A stretch of DNA of 63,974 bases, from NCBI GenBank assembly GCA_040437565.1, contig JBDOQK010000025.1, positions 310,027 to 374,000 on the forward strand, written 5' to 3'. Numbering within the stretch: position 1 is the first letter of the stretch; each line of letters begins with the position of its first letter. The notes beneath the pieces were generated by a model. That model saw nothing but the letters and a program-made list of their open reading frames with translations, was not told the DNA's origin and searched no databases. This stretch comes from Albugo candida. Its lineage: Eukaryota. This document shows positions 26,261 to 38,649 of the stretch, in pieces. Made by a program: the position numbers and the translations under genes.

Positions 26261-26568
26261 CCTTTGTAGGTCTGGCTGAGATTAACAGTCACGAGTGTGT
26301 CTTCCTGCCGTATATTGTTCGCAAGTGCTCAAGCATGGGCGATAAAACCAAATTTTTGCTCACTTCATAGAGCGGATTCAGGGTGTGCAGGTTTGACTTG
26401 TAGAAAGACGACAACTCGCATGACAAAGCTGATGAACGTGAGGGATACATCGCGTGAACTTTGGAAGAAATGCAGTCAACTTGATCATGTCCCTATATAA
26501 TGATAGTGATTGATATGGAATAGTCAACGAGTTCATACGTGAAATATTACACACATGATGAACCTGTT

Positions 26569-27564
26569 GCAAAAGAAGTAGTCTTCTTGGACAGACGAAT
26601 AGCTCAACCAGCGCAAATTTACAGCTGCCTGACACAGTCGAAAACTTTTGTATAAGCTGTTTTTATCCTTTTTTCCATCATATAACACACTGCCTCAAGG
26701 CCTTCGTCTTCTAATCTGAGCTTTCTTGTAGAGCCCGAATCAGCGTGCAGAATTGTACTCTAGTAATGCGTCCACGTGGAGAGATTGTTTGAGTGCCCAT
26801 TCTATGACGAAGTTGTTAACAAATAATTTTTGCATTTTTGATCCGAGCTTTGTTACAGACAAACGTCACTTCTGATTATAAATACTACTCACTGTAACAT
26901 TCTACAGAATCGCGATGGAACCATGCATTCAGTAACTTGCCGCATCGGTAATAATCGCATCAAGGTTGCAGAATACGTTAAGATTCGGCTGTTTCCATCC
27001 GTCGCATTGCAGATTGGNNNNNNNNNNNNNNNNNNNNNNNNNNNNNNNNNNNNNNNNNNNNNNNNNNNNNNNNNNNNNNNNNNNNNNNNNNNNNNNNNNN
27101 NNNNNNNNNNNNNNNNNCAAAAGAAGTAGTCTTCTTGGACAGACGAATAGCTCAACCAGCGCAAATTTACAGCTGCCTGACACAGTCGAAAACTTTTGTA
27201 TAAGCTGTTTTTATCCTTTTTTCCATCATATAACACACTGCCTCAAGGCCTTCGTCTTCTAATCTGAGCTTTCTTGTAGAGCCCGAATCAGCGTGCAGAA
27301 TTGTACTCTAGTAATGCGTCCACGTGGAGAGATTGTTTGAGTGCCCATTCTATGACGAAGTTGTTAACAAATAATTTTTGCATTTTTGATCCGAGCTTTG
27401 TTACAGACAAACGTCACTTCTGATTATAAATACTACTCACTGTAACATTCTACAGAATCGCGATGGAACCATGCATTCAGTAACTTGCCGCATCGGTAAT
27501 AATCGCATCAAGGTTGCAGAATACGTTAAGATTCGGCTGTTTCCATCCGTCGCATTGCAGATTG
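26569..27564. repeat. Gap-flanking direct duplication (example of unmerged contig overlaps)
   Basis: ~26569-27017 is repeated at 27118-~27564. The same pattern occurs at the gaps starting 349, 6192, 9910, 11636, 18432, 36422, 39786 and 45306. Confidence 0.9.
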
Positions 27565-29014
27565 GGAACATCCAATACAATCGAGATACAGCGCAGTGCT
27601 ATCCGAGTACACCATCTCATGAACGCCAACATATTAACGAATGCTAATACCACAGCAAATTTGGTCGTATTTAAGTGGAGGGAACGCTGAAGGAGCTATC
27701 GTCCAGACACGACTGCTTGAATCGATGCGATCCTGAATCCTGCAAGGTCAAGAGCAATGACGTGTTGATCCTTCTAGGCGAGTCCAAAATCACGTGCACC
27801 TCCAATTGATTTACTTGGCGTGTTGCCTTCGAGATGACTGATAGCTGACCATTCCTGCTTGACAATGAACGATGCTATACGTGCGACTATAAATGTTTGT
27901 AATATAACCAATTTGGCCAACAACTACAAATTTCCAAACTCCCCCAATGTTGCTGAAACGAAGGTATCCATTTGTGAACTTGCACATTCGACGACTGCAA
28001 ATTGGTTGGAATGCTACACATTTAGATAGGCAGTGCTGTGTATACGAGCCTCATTGGGTTGATGTTGAAGGGCACGCTGTAATTCTTCTGATAGCGTAGA
28101 AGCTTGATGCTCGATTAGTATAGTCTTCATACATGTTGTGCCCTTGGCAAGGAGCGGCACGATACGGATGATGAGTCGAATAACAAGAAGGAGAGTGCCA
28201 GAGTCGTGCCAATGCCACCTCAGCATGTTTTAATTTGACATCAGGAACGAACGTCGTCGAAAAGACCAGTTATTTCTCCAGCCCACCTCAACACCACTCA
28301 TTTGGGATGCGTTTGGGTCGATCGGACTACGCGGAGAACATAAAGTGATAGATTGTTCTTGGCCACACGATATCGTATTCCTCATAGATCTCGGCTTAAA
28401 GAACTAATTGTAGGCATCGAAGAGGGCGGAGGTTTCTTCTTGGGCCATAATGAGTGTATTTTGAATCAAACTTGCACACGTCAGTGATGCGCCCATATTC
28501 TGGAAAAATGAATAGCAATAAAGTTTTGTGCTCTTCCTGATGAAAATTTACTGGACGGAGAACGATACAAATTTCAAGCGTCCTTTTCTCGTCGAAATGC
28601 TAACCGTTCACCAGATACTCATTCACAAAGTCCCTTTGAGGCAAAAGCAAATACACCACGTCATTTTTATAGTGGGATAAGTCATACAGTATTTTTCGCG
28701 AATTGCGTTCTCATTATTCCAAAACCAATAGCGCGGATAATAGACTTTTCGCACAAAGAAATCGTTTGCTGCTGCCGCATGCCCAAATGCTTGATATAAC
28801 ATGAACGCCCATCTATTCCAGGCTTCTCTTAAGGATCTTGACATGACTACACTGCTAATAATCAATATCCTTCTTGAGTCAGTACGGTACCCAAATTGCG
28901 GAGAACCATATTATATCCTGACATTGCGTAGCAAAGAATTGTCTGTCAAAAAGTCTAGCGCATGATTGTTTTGCAATGCAACACTAACACGAGTTAAAAG
29001 ATCAACAAATGTTC

Positions 29015-29030
29015 TCTCATTCTCAAATTT
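29015..29030 (+). promoter_or_regulatory. Oomycete Inr+FPR core promoter
   Basis: TCTCATTCTCAAATTT matches TCATTYBNNNWTTY and ends ~25 nt upstream of ATG 29055. Confidence 0.7.
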
Positions 29031-29054
29031 GCATCTTTCCGGTCACACCGACGC

Positions 29055-29952
29055 ATGAAGAAATTTTGGACATTATTATCTCTCATATTATGCAACCTTT
29101 TCCAGTCGGGGAAGGTCACGACTTCACCAGACGAGTCGGATAGATTTGGGTCTCTAGAAAGCATACATGCCAGGGTCGACATGCTGGTACCTGGCGAGGA
29201 TATAACAGGACGGATAGTCAGGTTCAAACGGCTTGGAGACAATCCTTCAATATCTCAAGTGGTGGTAGCGCCGAATACGGGAACGGTACCCTATCGGCTA
29301 GTTGATATGAAGATAAAAAAAACATGGAAATTGGAAGTATTGTGAAATTTGTTGTACTGGGTAAGGCGAGTACTGCAAAGGATAATGAAAAGCCAGAAAT
29401 GCACGGGTTTCATGCAGCCATCGGAGACAAGCTTGTATCTCTAAAAGATGAGATCGACTTTGTTGTCATGACGGGAAATAACTTCCTCNNNNNNNNNNNN
29501 NNNNNNNNNNNNNNNNNNNNNNNNNNNNNNNNNNNNNNNNNNNNNNNNNNNNNNNNNNNNNNNNNNNNNNNNNNNNNNNNNNNNNNNNGCTCCATGACCA
29601 CATGTGTTCACTTCAATCGAACAGCGAGGGACCACGTGAGTCAAATCTCCGAACTTACATATGCGGTCATGAGCCCATATTAAATCATGTTGTGGAAGAC
29701 GAAAAGTCTCGTATTAATGTTGGAACAAGTGGAGGTTTACTGACATGGAGTTACAGGGACTACTTCGCAATGAATGGAACATATTGTCTTGGAGAGACAC
29801 GAATGGCATCGTACAGTGATATACCATATGGCTTTGCAGTTGTTACCGTCGCAAGCAACGATGACACCAAGCTGGTAGAATTTTTCGCATACCATCGAAG
29901 AGGTAATGGGATATTTTATTGGGAAGATCCGGTTCGGCAAGTCCTCTACTGA
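29055..29952 (+). CDS. PAP/TRAP-like metallophosphoesterase copy (frameshift in A8 run; middle in gap)
   Basis: MKKFWTLLSLILC, frameshift at 29315-29322, KFVVLGKAS, VVMTGNNFL, TYICGHEP, VGTSGG, YGFAVVTV, FYWEDP. Confidence 0.8.
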
Positions 29953-30439
29953 TAAAGTGCATCTTCCGTTAGACTCCTAATGATGATTACCTTCTAACCG
30001 GCTAAACTTCTTTCCTTTTGATTGTATGGCAAAGCGCCTAAAAGCTTCGCCATGCTTGAATGTAGCCTGCCTGAGTCTTACACATATTCAATCCTGAATC
30101 AGCCGAACCAAACCAGCTGCAATGACTTTTGTGATTTTAACATTGATGAGCGCTGTCACCATCGGAATCACTTCTTGTTCGATTTGAATTAAAACTCTAC
30201 GGGAGAGATCATTGTTGCGAGCCGGATGAGCTGATTGTTACAAAGTTGTCGATAGAGTTTCGCAAACGATTGGGGGGGGGGCAAATTCGCGAAAATGAAT
30301 CATGTATGATATAAGCAATAAGATCGCGTTGTGTGCAGAATCGTAAGTGAGTTGATGTAGATGATCCTACGACATGGCCTAATCAAGTAGGAAGTCAACT
30401 ATTCATCGAAACGCACGTCAATGCAAACAAAGTCGACTC

Positions 30440-31100
30440 GCACTGAGACGCAACTGGATAAGCTATGGACCAGACAATGCTCGCCATACGCGGACATCAC
30501 CAACAAGACAATTGATACCACAAGACACCATCGCCCGCACAGAGGCTTGCTTCCTTGACGACGTCAGCATTATTCCTGACTGAAAGAACGTTACGTCAAA
30601 GTCTGCTTGTTTTGCCATAATGGGTGCATCACGAGTCATTGGTGCCGTCACATATTGGCAATAATACACAGCATCCAGCTTTCTGTACTATTTTTGACGA
30701 TGATACTGGACTGCCAGCTTCGCTTTCCTTGTCAGATTGTGAATAATTCACCAGATCGTAATTCACAAAGCCAGTTTGAGGTACTGGCGGCATTCAGATG
30801 AAAGCACTTAATGTACTCACGCAAATTTGCGGTCGGGATCCATCAAATAAAGGCTAGTCGTCAATCGGGTGGAGATAAGCTTCAGAATGTTGCTCGTTGC
30901 CACATCCACGAATGCATGATGTAAACATGTAGCTGTCGGATATTCATTCTGTAGTTCACCTAGTACGGATGCTCAAGTTGCAAAAGTAGAAATGGACCGA
31001 AGATGCGAATTTGTTATCATTTGCGTCTTATTTGACGCAGGCAGCAAACAATAACATCCTGTCGATCAATGCAATAAATTTGCCGTCATATTTGCTATAA
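30440..31100 (-). pseudogene. N-myristoyltransferase pseudogene (3' part)
   Basis: DAPIMAKQADFDV matches DALIMAKQEDFDV, and GCTCGCCATACGCGGACATC is shared with 33221-33240. Stops and frameshifts present. The upper boundary is approximate. Confidence 0.8.
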
Positions 31101-31274
31101 GATGTTCAAAATGATCAATCAATATCCTTCGATCATCGATAAGGTTCACACATTAAGAAAACATTCTAGACCAGAATCAGATGATATTCGTATCACTTAT
31201 GAGTTGCACTTCGAATCTTGCATTCCCGTTTCACAGTGCAACATTGGGAAAATTCGGAATATCAACAAGTAAGA

Positions 31275-31293
31275 CCTCATTCTCGAAATTGCA
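31275..31293 (+). promoter_or_regulatory. Inr+FPR-like core promoter
   Basis: CCTCATTCTCGAAATTGCA upstream of ATG 31317; homologous to the leaders at 29015 and 44674. Confidence 0.55.
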
Positions 31294-31316
31294 TCTCTGT
31301 GCTCACACTGTAAAGC

Positions 31317-32474
31317 ATGATGAATTCATGGACAATGATTTCTCTCATTTTATGCAACTTTTTTCGATCGGGAAACCTCATGAGGCCGCCTTCCAAACCA
31401 GTAGAAAAACTGACTCTTGAATGTATGAAACCTCAACGCAACCAGTCTGTAATGGATGAGCATGTGCAAAATCGAGAGGTTGAATTTGTTGCGTATAATG
31501 AACTCAAATCTACAGTGAGGGTAACGCAGGGTAAAGACAATTTACCTTATTCGCGAGTCAAAATGAAGACATACAAACCGATGGAAGAAGAAAATGTGAT
31601 TAGATTCATTGTACTCGGTAATGCTGGTGTTCCAAATTATCATGTAGGTATGAAATTTGAAGGGATTCATGCGGCTATCGGAGACAAGCTTGTCTCTTTG
31701 AAAGATAATATCGACTTTGTTGTCATGACGGGCGATAACTTCCTGGGTAAAGGAGTATGGGGCTGTGATGATCCGCAATGGGAGGAAGTGTGGTTCGAGC
31801 GTCTCAGAGTGGAAGAATTGGGCGTGCCATGGTTCACGGTTTTGGGTGACAGAGATATGCTCGGTGATGCTTCAACACAATATAATTTCCACAAATGTGA
31901 AGGGAAGGAAAGGATGTCCAAGTACTGGATCACTCCCAGTGAAAATTATTTGCTTGTGGTAGACGAAACCGTCAAAATGTTTTTTCTCAACACGAACAAG
32001 AAAATATCAAAACCCAACATGGAGCCTATATTAACAATGTTAACAAGATGGAATGTGGGCCTTGTGATCGGACATCATCACATCGATAACCCGGTACACT
32101 ATGACGGAACGGCTTTATTGCGATCGGACATTATAGCATTGCGCAGCAGACATTTTGAAACTTACATAAGCGGCCACGATCCTGTATTGAAACATGTTAA
32201 GGAAGCCCAGAGATCTCATATTACTGTTGGGACAAGTGGTGGTTTGATGACCTGTAGTTATAGCGATTGTCCGGACGCTGTTACAATGGATAAAACGGAT
32301 GGCCGTGAAACAGAACGAATGGAAGTTTTGAATGAGAAATCGTACGGCTTCGCAGTTGTTACCGTTCAGAAGGAGAAAATGAAAAATGTCGTCCAATTTT
32401 TCAAATATGTCGACAACAGTTATGGATCTTTTTATTGGGATGAGACGAGCAAACAAGAACTCTACTCGCCCTAG
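31317..32474 (+). CDS. Intact secreted-type PAP/TRAP-like metallophosphoesterase with degenerate metal ligands (385 aa)
   Basis: Five-motif order RFIVLGNAG / MTGDNFL / PWFTVLGDRD / VIGHH / SGHDP, plus GTSGG and YGFAVVTV. Intronless, hydrophobic N-terminus. Confidence 0.88.
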   Translation: MMNSWTMISLILCNFFRSGNLMRPPSKPVEKLTLECMKPQRNQSVMDEHVQNREVEFVAYNELKSTVRVTQGKDNLPYSRVKMKTYKPMEEENVIRFIVLGNAGVPNYHVGMKFEGIHAAIGDKLVSLKDNIDFVVMTGDNFLGKGVWGCDDPQWEEVWFERLRVEELGVPWFTVLGDRDMLGDASTQYNFHKCEGKERMSKYWITPSENYLLVVDETVKMFFLNTNKKISKPNMEPILTMLTRWNVGLVIGHHHIDNPVHYDGTALLRSDIIALRSRHFETYISGHDPVLKHVKEAQRSHITVGTSGGLMTCSYSDCPDAVTMDKTDGRETERMEVLNEKSYGFAVVTVQKEKMKNVVQFFKYVDNSYGSFYWDETSKQELYSP

Positions 32475-33193
32475 AAAACGATCTCCTAGGGTTAGATTGA
32501 AGTAATTTCTTGCAAGCTACAGCTCTTTCTCTGAGATTTTGATTTGAGTAATTACATTCTCCAAAATTTTTGTATTCGAGTGCTAGATCGTTACTGACAC
32601 ATTGCCGTTGTGGTGAAATATTACACCTTCAATTGCTGTACCGTTTCATGAGCTCTAACTCGTACTTTGGTTTACAGCTCTCATCAAAAAACGCTTGTTT
32701 ACTGAGACCAGAAGCGCTAAACTGGAGGGAGTTGATTGTCAAGTAATCAATAGCATTCCATATCATGTTATGGCCGTGTCGATGTAACCCTTCATCACGC
32801 TATATCGCTTGATCGAATCCACGTGAGAGTTACCGTTGCTCAAATTACACCGCCTAGTCAGTTGATGATGTTGAACCTTTCAACGGTGGCTTTTGATCGA
32901 CAGATATCTTAACCGTAGGCGGTCTGGTGGAAAGTCTGAGCAACGTATATTTGCACGCTGCGATTCTATCGTCGGCTCTACATTTCTTGAGTGCAGGCAA
33001 TATATTGAGTTGAAGTTTTAAGATTGTATGGCAATGAGATCGTGGCGTGTGCAGGAATCTAAGTACTCGCCGCAAAGTACCTTTACGAGAATGCTTAATC
33101 AAGTATGAAACCAACCAAATATGTGAAAAGCACGTCAGTTCATCGAAAGATTCTATTCTTCGTTCAATTCAATTGAAGCAACTCGCATATTCA

Positions 33194-34471
33194 CTAACAC
33201 AACACGAGCCCCACTTTATCGCTCGCCATACGCGGACATCGCCAGTTGAACAAATAATAACGCAAATCGCCATCGCCAGGACAGAATCTTAGTTCCTTGA
33301 AAATCTCAGCGTTGTTCATTAATGAAAGAGCATTGAACACATCAAAGTCTTCTTGCTTCGCCATGATGAGTGCATCATGCATCAAATTTGTAAGCGTCAT
33401 TGATGTCGCCACATTGTAAAATGAATACACTGCATTCAACTTTTTGTGTTTTTCATGACCGATGATACTGGACGGAAGGTGATAAAAGCTGCAAAAGTCG
33501 GTGATTTTGTCGGATTCTGACTTTTCAACCACGTAGGAGCTCACAACGCCCTTTCGAGGTAAGAGCAAATGCTCCACGTCTTTTTCTTCCATCACAGGAG
33601 TCAGATGAAATTGCTCGAGATACTTTCGCAACATGTTTGTTACTTGAGGCACATCTTTTCTTTCCATTAGTCGAAGCCCACAAGTCAGTGGTGCGGATGG
33701 TAACTTGTACCCTTTGATGAGTCCGCTCATCGTCATGTGATTTGGAAGACGAGAAAACCCGACTTCGACCAGTTTTTTAGGGTTCAATGAGCGATGAAAG
33801 TATCGACATTGAGATACCGGCATCGGTAGAATCACACCGGCTGTGTACACTGCCTGCCATACATTCTTCAAATTGACGCGACGTGTTAATTCTTTAATCA
33901 AAACTGGTGCCAGTCGTTTTGTGCGCAGTTTTTTGTGGACACATAAGAAATTGATCTCTGCTACATCCAGATAGTGCTGATACACACGAACGCGTGCGGG
34001 TATACCACTGATAAACGCCATCAACTTGTTTGTTTTCTCGTTCCGCACACCGATATGCCACTCGGTATTGTACCCTGGTACCAATAGAGCCCATCTTAGG
34101 AAATCGATCGAATAATCGAAGCGAAATGTATTGCCGTCATCTTCGACGTAGTTTTCTGTTAATAACTGATACACTTCTTGCGTTTGTGTATCATCAGTTA
34201 AGTCGATAACAACCCACTCAAAGCCTTGAGGCATGGCGTAAGGCTGCGAACGCACTTGTGTGACATCTCGATTCGGCTTTATAGCCTCATGTTCCCCTGG
34301 ATATTCATCTATTTTCGGGACGGGTTGAGTATTCCAGAATGCATGGTCCCCTTGAGTTTTCTTCGCTTTAACTTTATCAGAAGTTGTCGCATCACTCAAT
34401 TGCTGTATGATGCGAAGAAACTCTTCTTGTTCCGATAGTTTCTTTGCCTCCGATTCGCTGGATTCGCTCAT
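33194..34471 (-). CDS. NMT: Glycylpeptide N-myristoyltransferase
   Basis: FWNTQPV, NYVEDD..FRFDYS, EINFLCVHKKLR.KRLAPVLIKE, QAVYTAG, FDVFNAL, GDGDLRYYLFNW. Confidence 0.98.
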   Translation of the reverse strand: MSESSESEAKKLSEQEEFLRIIQQLSDATTSDKVKAKKTQGDHAFWNTQPVPKIDEYPGEHEAIKPNRDVTQVRSQPYAMPQGFEWVVIDLTDDTQTQEVYQLLTENYVEDDGNTFRFDYSIDFLRWALLVPGYNTEWHIGVRNEKTNKLMAFISGIPARVRVYQHYLDVAEINFLCVHKKLRTKRLAPVLIKELTRRVNLKNVWQAVYTAGVILPMPVSQCRYFHRSLNPKKLVEVGFSRLPNHMTMSGLIKGYKLPSAPLTCGLRLMERKDVPQVTNMLRKYLEQFHLTPVMEEKDVEHLLLPRKGVVSSYVVEKSESDKITDFCSFYHLPSSIIGHEKHKKLNAVYSFYNVATSMTLTNLMHDALIMAKQEDFDVFNALSLMNNAEIFKELRFCPGDGDLRYYLFNWRCPRMASDKVGLVLC

Positions 34472-35047
34472 CGCACAATTATGGTAATGGTAGAACTGAT
34501 TGGATCGTAGTGAGTAAATGCTACATTTCTATTGGTACATAATCACATACAGGGCGCACAGATAAGGTACGTGTTGACAGCTTTACTCACATAGCACCGG
34601 ATCACATCCAGTAATAATTGGAGCTGCTCGCACATTAGCTCAGCGATTTTTGCAACAAACTCTACGCATAGCCTGACATCTTTAACATTCTTAAATAGAA
34701 ATTAATCTACTCGTGGCCACCCCATGTGATTTTCCTTATTCCGACTGGTCGCGTCGACCAATGTCAAACGGAAGTATTCATGTTGTTGCCTCTTCCATTC
34801 TGATGTCTGAGAGCACGTATATAATTGTGATATTTCTTTTCGTCCTGGCAGGGTGGGCGCCTACCAAATTGCCACGAGCTCAAGCCTACCTGCACTACTA
34901 CGATAACGGTCTCAATATAATTTATTACTGGTCACTTTTACCGCGCACTGTACGGTAACGTGTTAAGTTTCTTCAGACTTACATACTAATGTTATGTATA
35001 CAACTAAAACTCCTACCAAAACCACAAGCATCATCCTCGACACTGTC

Positions 35048-35947
35048 TTAAGGCTCTTCTTTGGATGTATTTCGATCCCACGGATCTGCTTTCTTGCTTC
35101 TGCATGAAAACACTCCGGAAGTTGTACTTTGCCCGATTCGAGCTCTGCATAATGGACAGTGCGACTGGAAAAGGAGCCATTCGAACACACAGCCGCGATG
35201 AAAAATATGGCTGCACGGTAATGCAACCACTTTCGTTTCATCCGTTAAATCCGTTTGCTTTACAGAGTGGCTGAGAGTCATAAGAGGGTTTTCGCAAGCA
35301 TCCACGTCTTCCATACAAATGCTGCAATGAGAGTTATCGTATCCGTCCGATTTGGACTGAAAAGTCATCAGATGGGAAGATAGATTTGATTGGTAGTTAT
35401 CAACAAAAATCTGTAAAACGGATCGACGATGCAGTGGATTCTGGACGCCCAAGAATTCATAAAGTTTAGGAGGTAAATGCTGACGTGCGCTCAAACACTT
35501 CATCACTTTGCCGGGTAGTAAGACACATCGCAACAAGTGGAGAAGCATAGACTCAAACTTCTGTGTGCGCTCTTCAATAGCATCTTGTGACGTGGACCAC
35601 AATAAACGCTTCTTCGGAAAACATGCAGCCAAATAGTCCCGGACAGCTTCACATGCGCCGCAGCACTTGGAACTCGTACATAGAGCAGATTCAGTGATAT
35701 CATTCTTAAACGCGTCAAATTCGTTATAACGATGGGAGACCGTCCAGCTCTCCGTATTAATCGCATTGGACACCTCACAATGATAGACAACATGATCATC
35801 TTCAACGGAGGTATCAGTTATAGCAACGTTGAGCGATAAACCTCGACGAGCACTTGTAATTGCTTCTTGCATGGGCAATATCCGCATGCGCGGACCGTCA
35901 TCACGATTTACCGATGCATTGGGCTCCATAAAAACCGAAAAATTCAT
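35048..35947 (-). CDS. PX domain plus RING-H2 protein (299 aa)
   Basis: WTVSHRYNEF and FPKKRL..IEER (PX); CSIC..LPCSHIFHRGCVFEWL..CPLCR (RING-H2). Confidence 0.9.
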   Translation of the reverse strand: MNFSVFMEPNASVNRDDGPRMRILPMQEAITSARRGLSLNVAITDTSVEDDHVVYHCEVSNAINTESWTVSHRYNEFDAFKNDITESALCTSSKCCGACEAVRDYLAACFPKKRLLWSTSQDAIEERTQKFESMLLHLLRCVLLPGKVMKCLSARQHLPPKLYEFLGVQNPLHRRSVLQIFVDNYQSNLSSHLMTFQSKSDGYDNSHCSICMEDVDACENPLMTLSHSVKQTDLTDETKVVALPCSHIFHRGCVFEWLLFQSHCPLCRARIGQSTTSGVFSCRSKKADPWDRNTSKEEP

Positions 35948-36021
35948 GTTTGAAATTAATCTTGCTTGTTGGATGATACAGATGGAAATGTTGATACGAT
36001 CTAGTGAGCTTCTTCTAGACT

Positions 36022-36039
36022 GAAAATTGCGAAATGAGA
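36022..36039 (-). promoter_or_regulatory. Oomycete Inr+FPR core promoter
   Basis: TCTCATTTCGCAATTTTC on the minus strand, ~75-90 nt upstream of the PX-RING ATG. Confidence 0.65.
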
Positions 36040-38649
36040 AAACGTTACACTCATAGTATTGTGCCCGTTAGCAGCGGGGAGTGCCCTATATGGATACATA
36101 CGGTACAGAGGCAGATAAATAGTATTTATATCAGAGGTGGTTACAACGTTAGGGCTACCTCCCTATTCCCCGTGCTCAATGCACCAATGAGGGGCGGTAT
36201 AGAAGTATAAAGTTTAAACTTGAATGTGTCGCAGGGAACCGGTGCCCTTTGATTCTGCCAAACACAATACCCTAGACTAGGGAACACCTAAAATTATGGT
36301 GAAGAGAAAAAAATCGTTCTTGTTCCTCTCTAACCGTCTAAAGTATTTACTTCCGCCTGAACAACTCCGACACTCGTCTCTCTAGACTCGTGAACATTAC
36401 ACTTCAACTCTCACCGCAGATNNNNNNNNNNNNNNNNNNNNNNNNNNNNNNNNNNNNNNNNNNNNNNNNNNNNNNNNNNNNNNNNNNNNNNNNNNNNNNN
36501 NNNNNNNNNNNNNNNNNNNNNCAATGAGGGGCGGTATAGAAGTATAAAGTTTAAACTTGAATGTGTCGCAGGGAACCGGTGCCCTTTTGATTCTGCCAAA
36601 CACAATACCCTAGACTAGGGAACACCTAAAATTATGGTGAAGAGAAAAAAATCGTTCTTGTTCCTCTCTAACCGTCTAAAGTATTTACTTCCGCCTGAAC
36701 AACTCCGACACTCGTCTCTCTAGACTCGTGAACATTACACTTCAACTCTCACCGCAGATCGAGCATAATCTGGACTATGATGTCTAACAGGCCAAGGAAA
36801 TGCTTAATCTCTCCCGCCTCTTCAATTTATGTTCGTTAATGTCGCAAGTTGAATGGTTTTAGTGGAAACTTTTCGATTTTCCATAAACTGAATGCGACAT
36901 TTGACCCGTTTTGTTGCGCTTCTCGATTCAAGCTCGCAATCAAATGGAATAAGTTCCGTGTGCAAATCACCCACAATCCTTACTCGTTTCACTTAATTAT
37001 CTGCGAATCATCTACCGCTATTGAAGGGTGCAACACCATCATACGCTTACGCATTGTAGAGCGCTGATCCATCTTCCGAATGCATCGGATTTGAAGGACA
37101 ACATAAACTGATCTAGAATACCAAGTAGCAAGGCTTCAAGTGAGCTTTGTCAAACTCACAGCATGATACATTCGGACCAAAAGCAACTCGTTCCGTTCAA
37201 TAAAAGGTCAGCTGCCAATAACCATTCTTGAAACGATACGGCAATCAAAGTGCGATATTCAACGTGGTTATCTGTTGCTGTCGGGAAGTATCAGTCACAA
37301 CGGAAACATATTTCTGCAGCTTTGCATGTTTTGGCGCGCGCCTAACTCAATCATCACGTTATTGAATTATTGTCCCTCTTCTGAAGTTTTATATCATATC
37401 GCAGCAAAAGTGAGCACAACGGCGACAAAGCGGTGTGTCGATAGCCGATCTTACACCCGATCAGAAAATTATTGCAATCGGTAGGATTGAGTTGATCCGC
37501 GTATTATTCCAGGAAAATTTCGAATGGAAGAAAGCAAATCTTTCGGACACATTGTCACATAGTTCAAAGGGAGGACTGCTGACAAATCGCAAGTTTACAG
37601 TAAACTATGAAGAAAAGTGCACTTTTTAAGAACGCGTATTTGTTCAATAGGAATGTACCAATAGTTCGTGTGCTCACCAATGATTATTACCGCAAAAACA
37701 CATCTTCCTCACTGATATGCTGTGTTCATTTGTCTCGACTGTTTATTACGTGCATTGTATGAGCTTTCCGACAGTCACACAATCACCAGCAATGCTGCTA
37801 ACTCATACGGCAATGTGACATTTCAAGTGAAAGTCGGATTTATTTACTTACTACTCTTGTGTTACGATCATCTTTGCATGACACCACCACCATCAGGCTC
37901 AACGCGTACTGACGCGACCCTTTACCATCGCTTTTACCATCGCTTTTTTAATATACTATGGGTAATTCTCTGTCACACTTTCTATATATAAACGACCAGT
38001 GAACCTGTATACTACAAGCGCAAGGAATCATTGAGAAGCATCCATTGTGTCAGACAAAAGAACATTGGCCAACTTAAGGCGGTCAAGCTGACTCATTTGC
38101 TCTTCTTGAGCTTATCGCCCTAGACAATTGCGAAGCTATCACTCACAATACAGCCAAGAAACAAAAGTACCCCTCGGAAACCTAAGCTGGAATTGAGAGG
38201 TATAATATCGAATATGCAACAATTTCTGCTATTGCGTTCATGGTGCAATAAGATTCAATGGTATCAGACGGCTCAGATTGCAATGAGGAGCAAAGAATTT
38301 CTCATCAATTACGCACTTCCGTACTCTGCATCCCTGGTGCGATTGTTATCGTTTCCACAGCTAATGGAATACTTGTTTTGTTATGGAAAATATCATTTTG
38401 TGCCATATTGCTAGACGGATGATCTAAAGCTTTGGTGGCTGTACGTCATACACACACGAGCCTGTCTTTTACGGTGATTAAGGCTGTTACCTGGTGAAAG
38501 TACCAAGCCATGAAAACTGAAAAACGTTGTGCATACATAATTAGACAAATATACCATGCCACGAAGACTTATAGGTGCTCTGCCACATAATTAGAAAATC
38601 AAGTCAGATCGCCGTTTCCACAGATGTTATATTGTAAGCGCTCCAGGCT

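Noticed and set aside
36000-38600. Long gene-poor stretch as a possible transposon or ncRNA
   Set aside because: No terminal repeats, transposase/RT motifs or tRNA structure recognised; the only repeat is the gap-flanking duplication.
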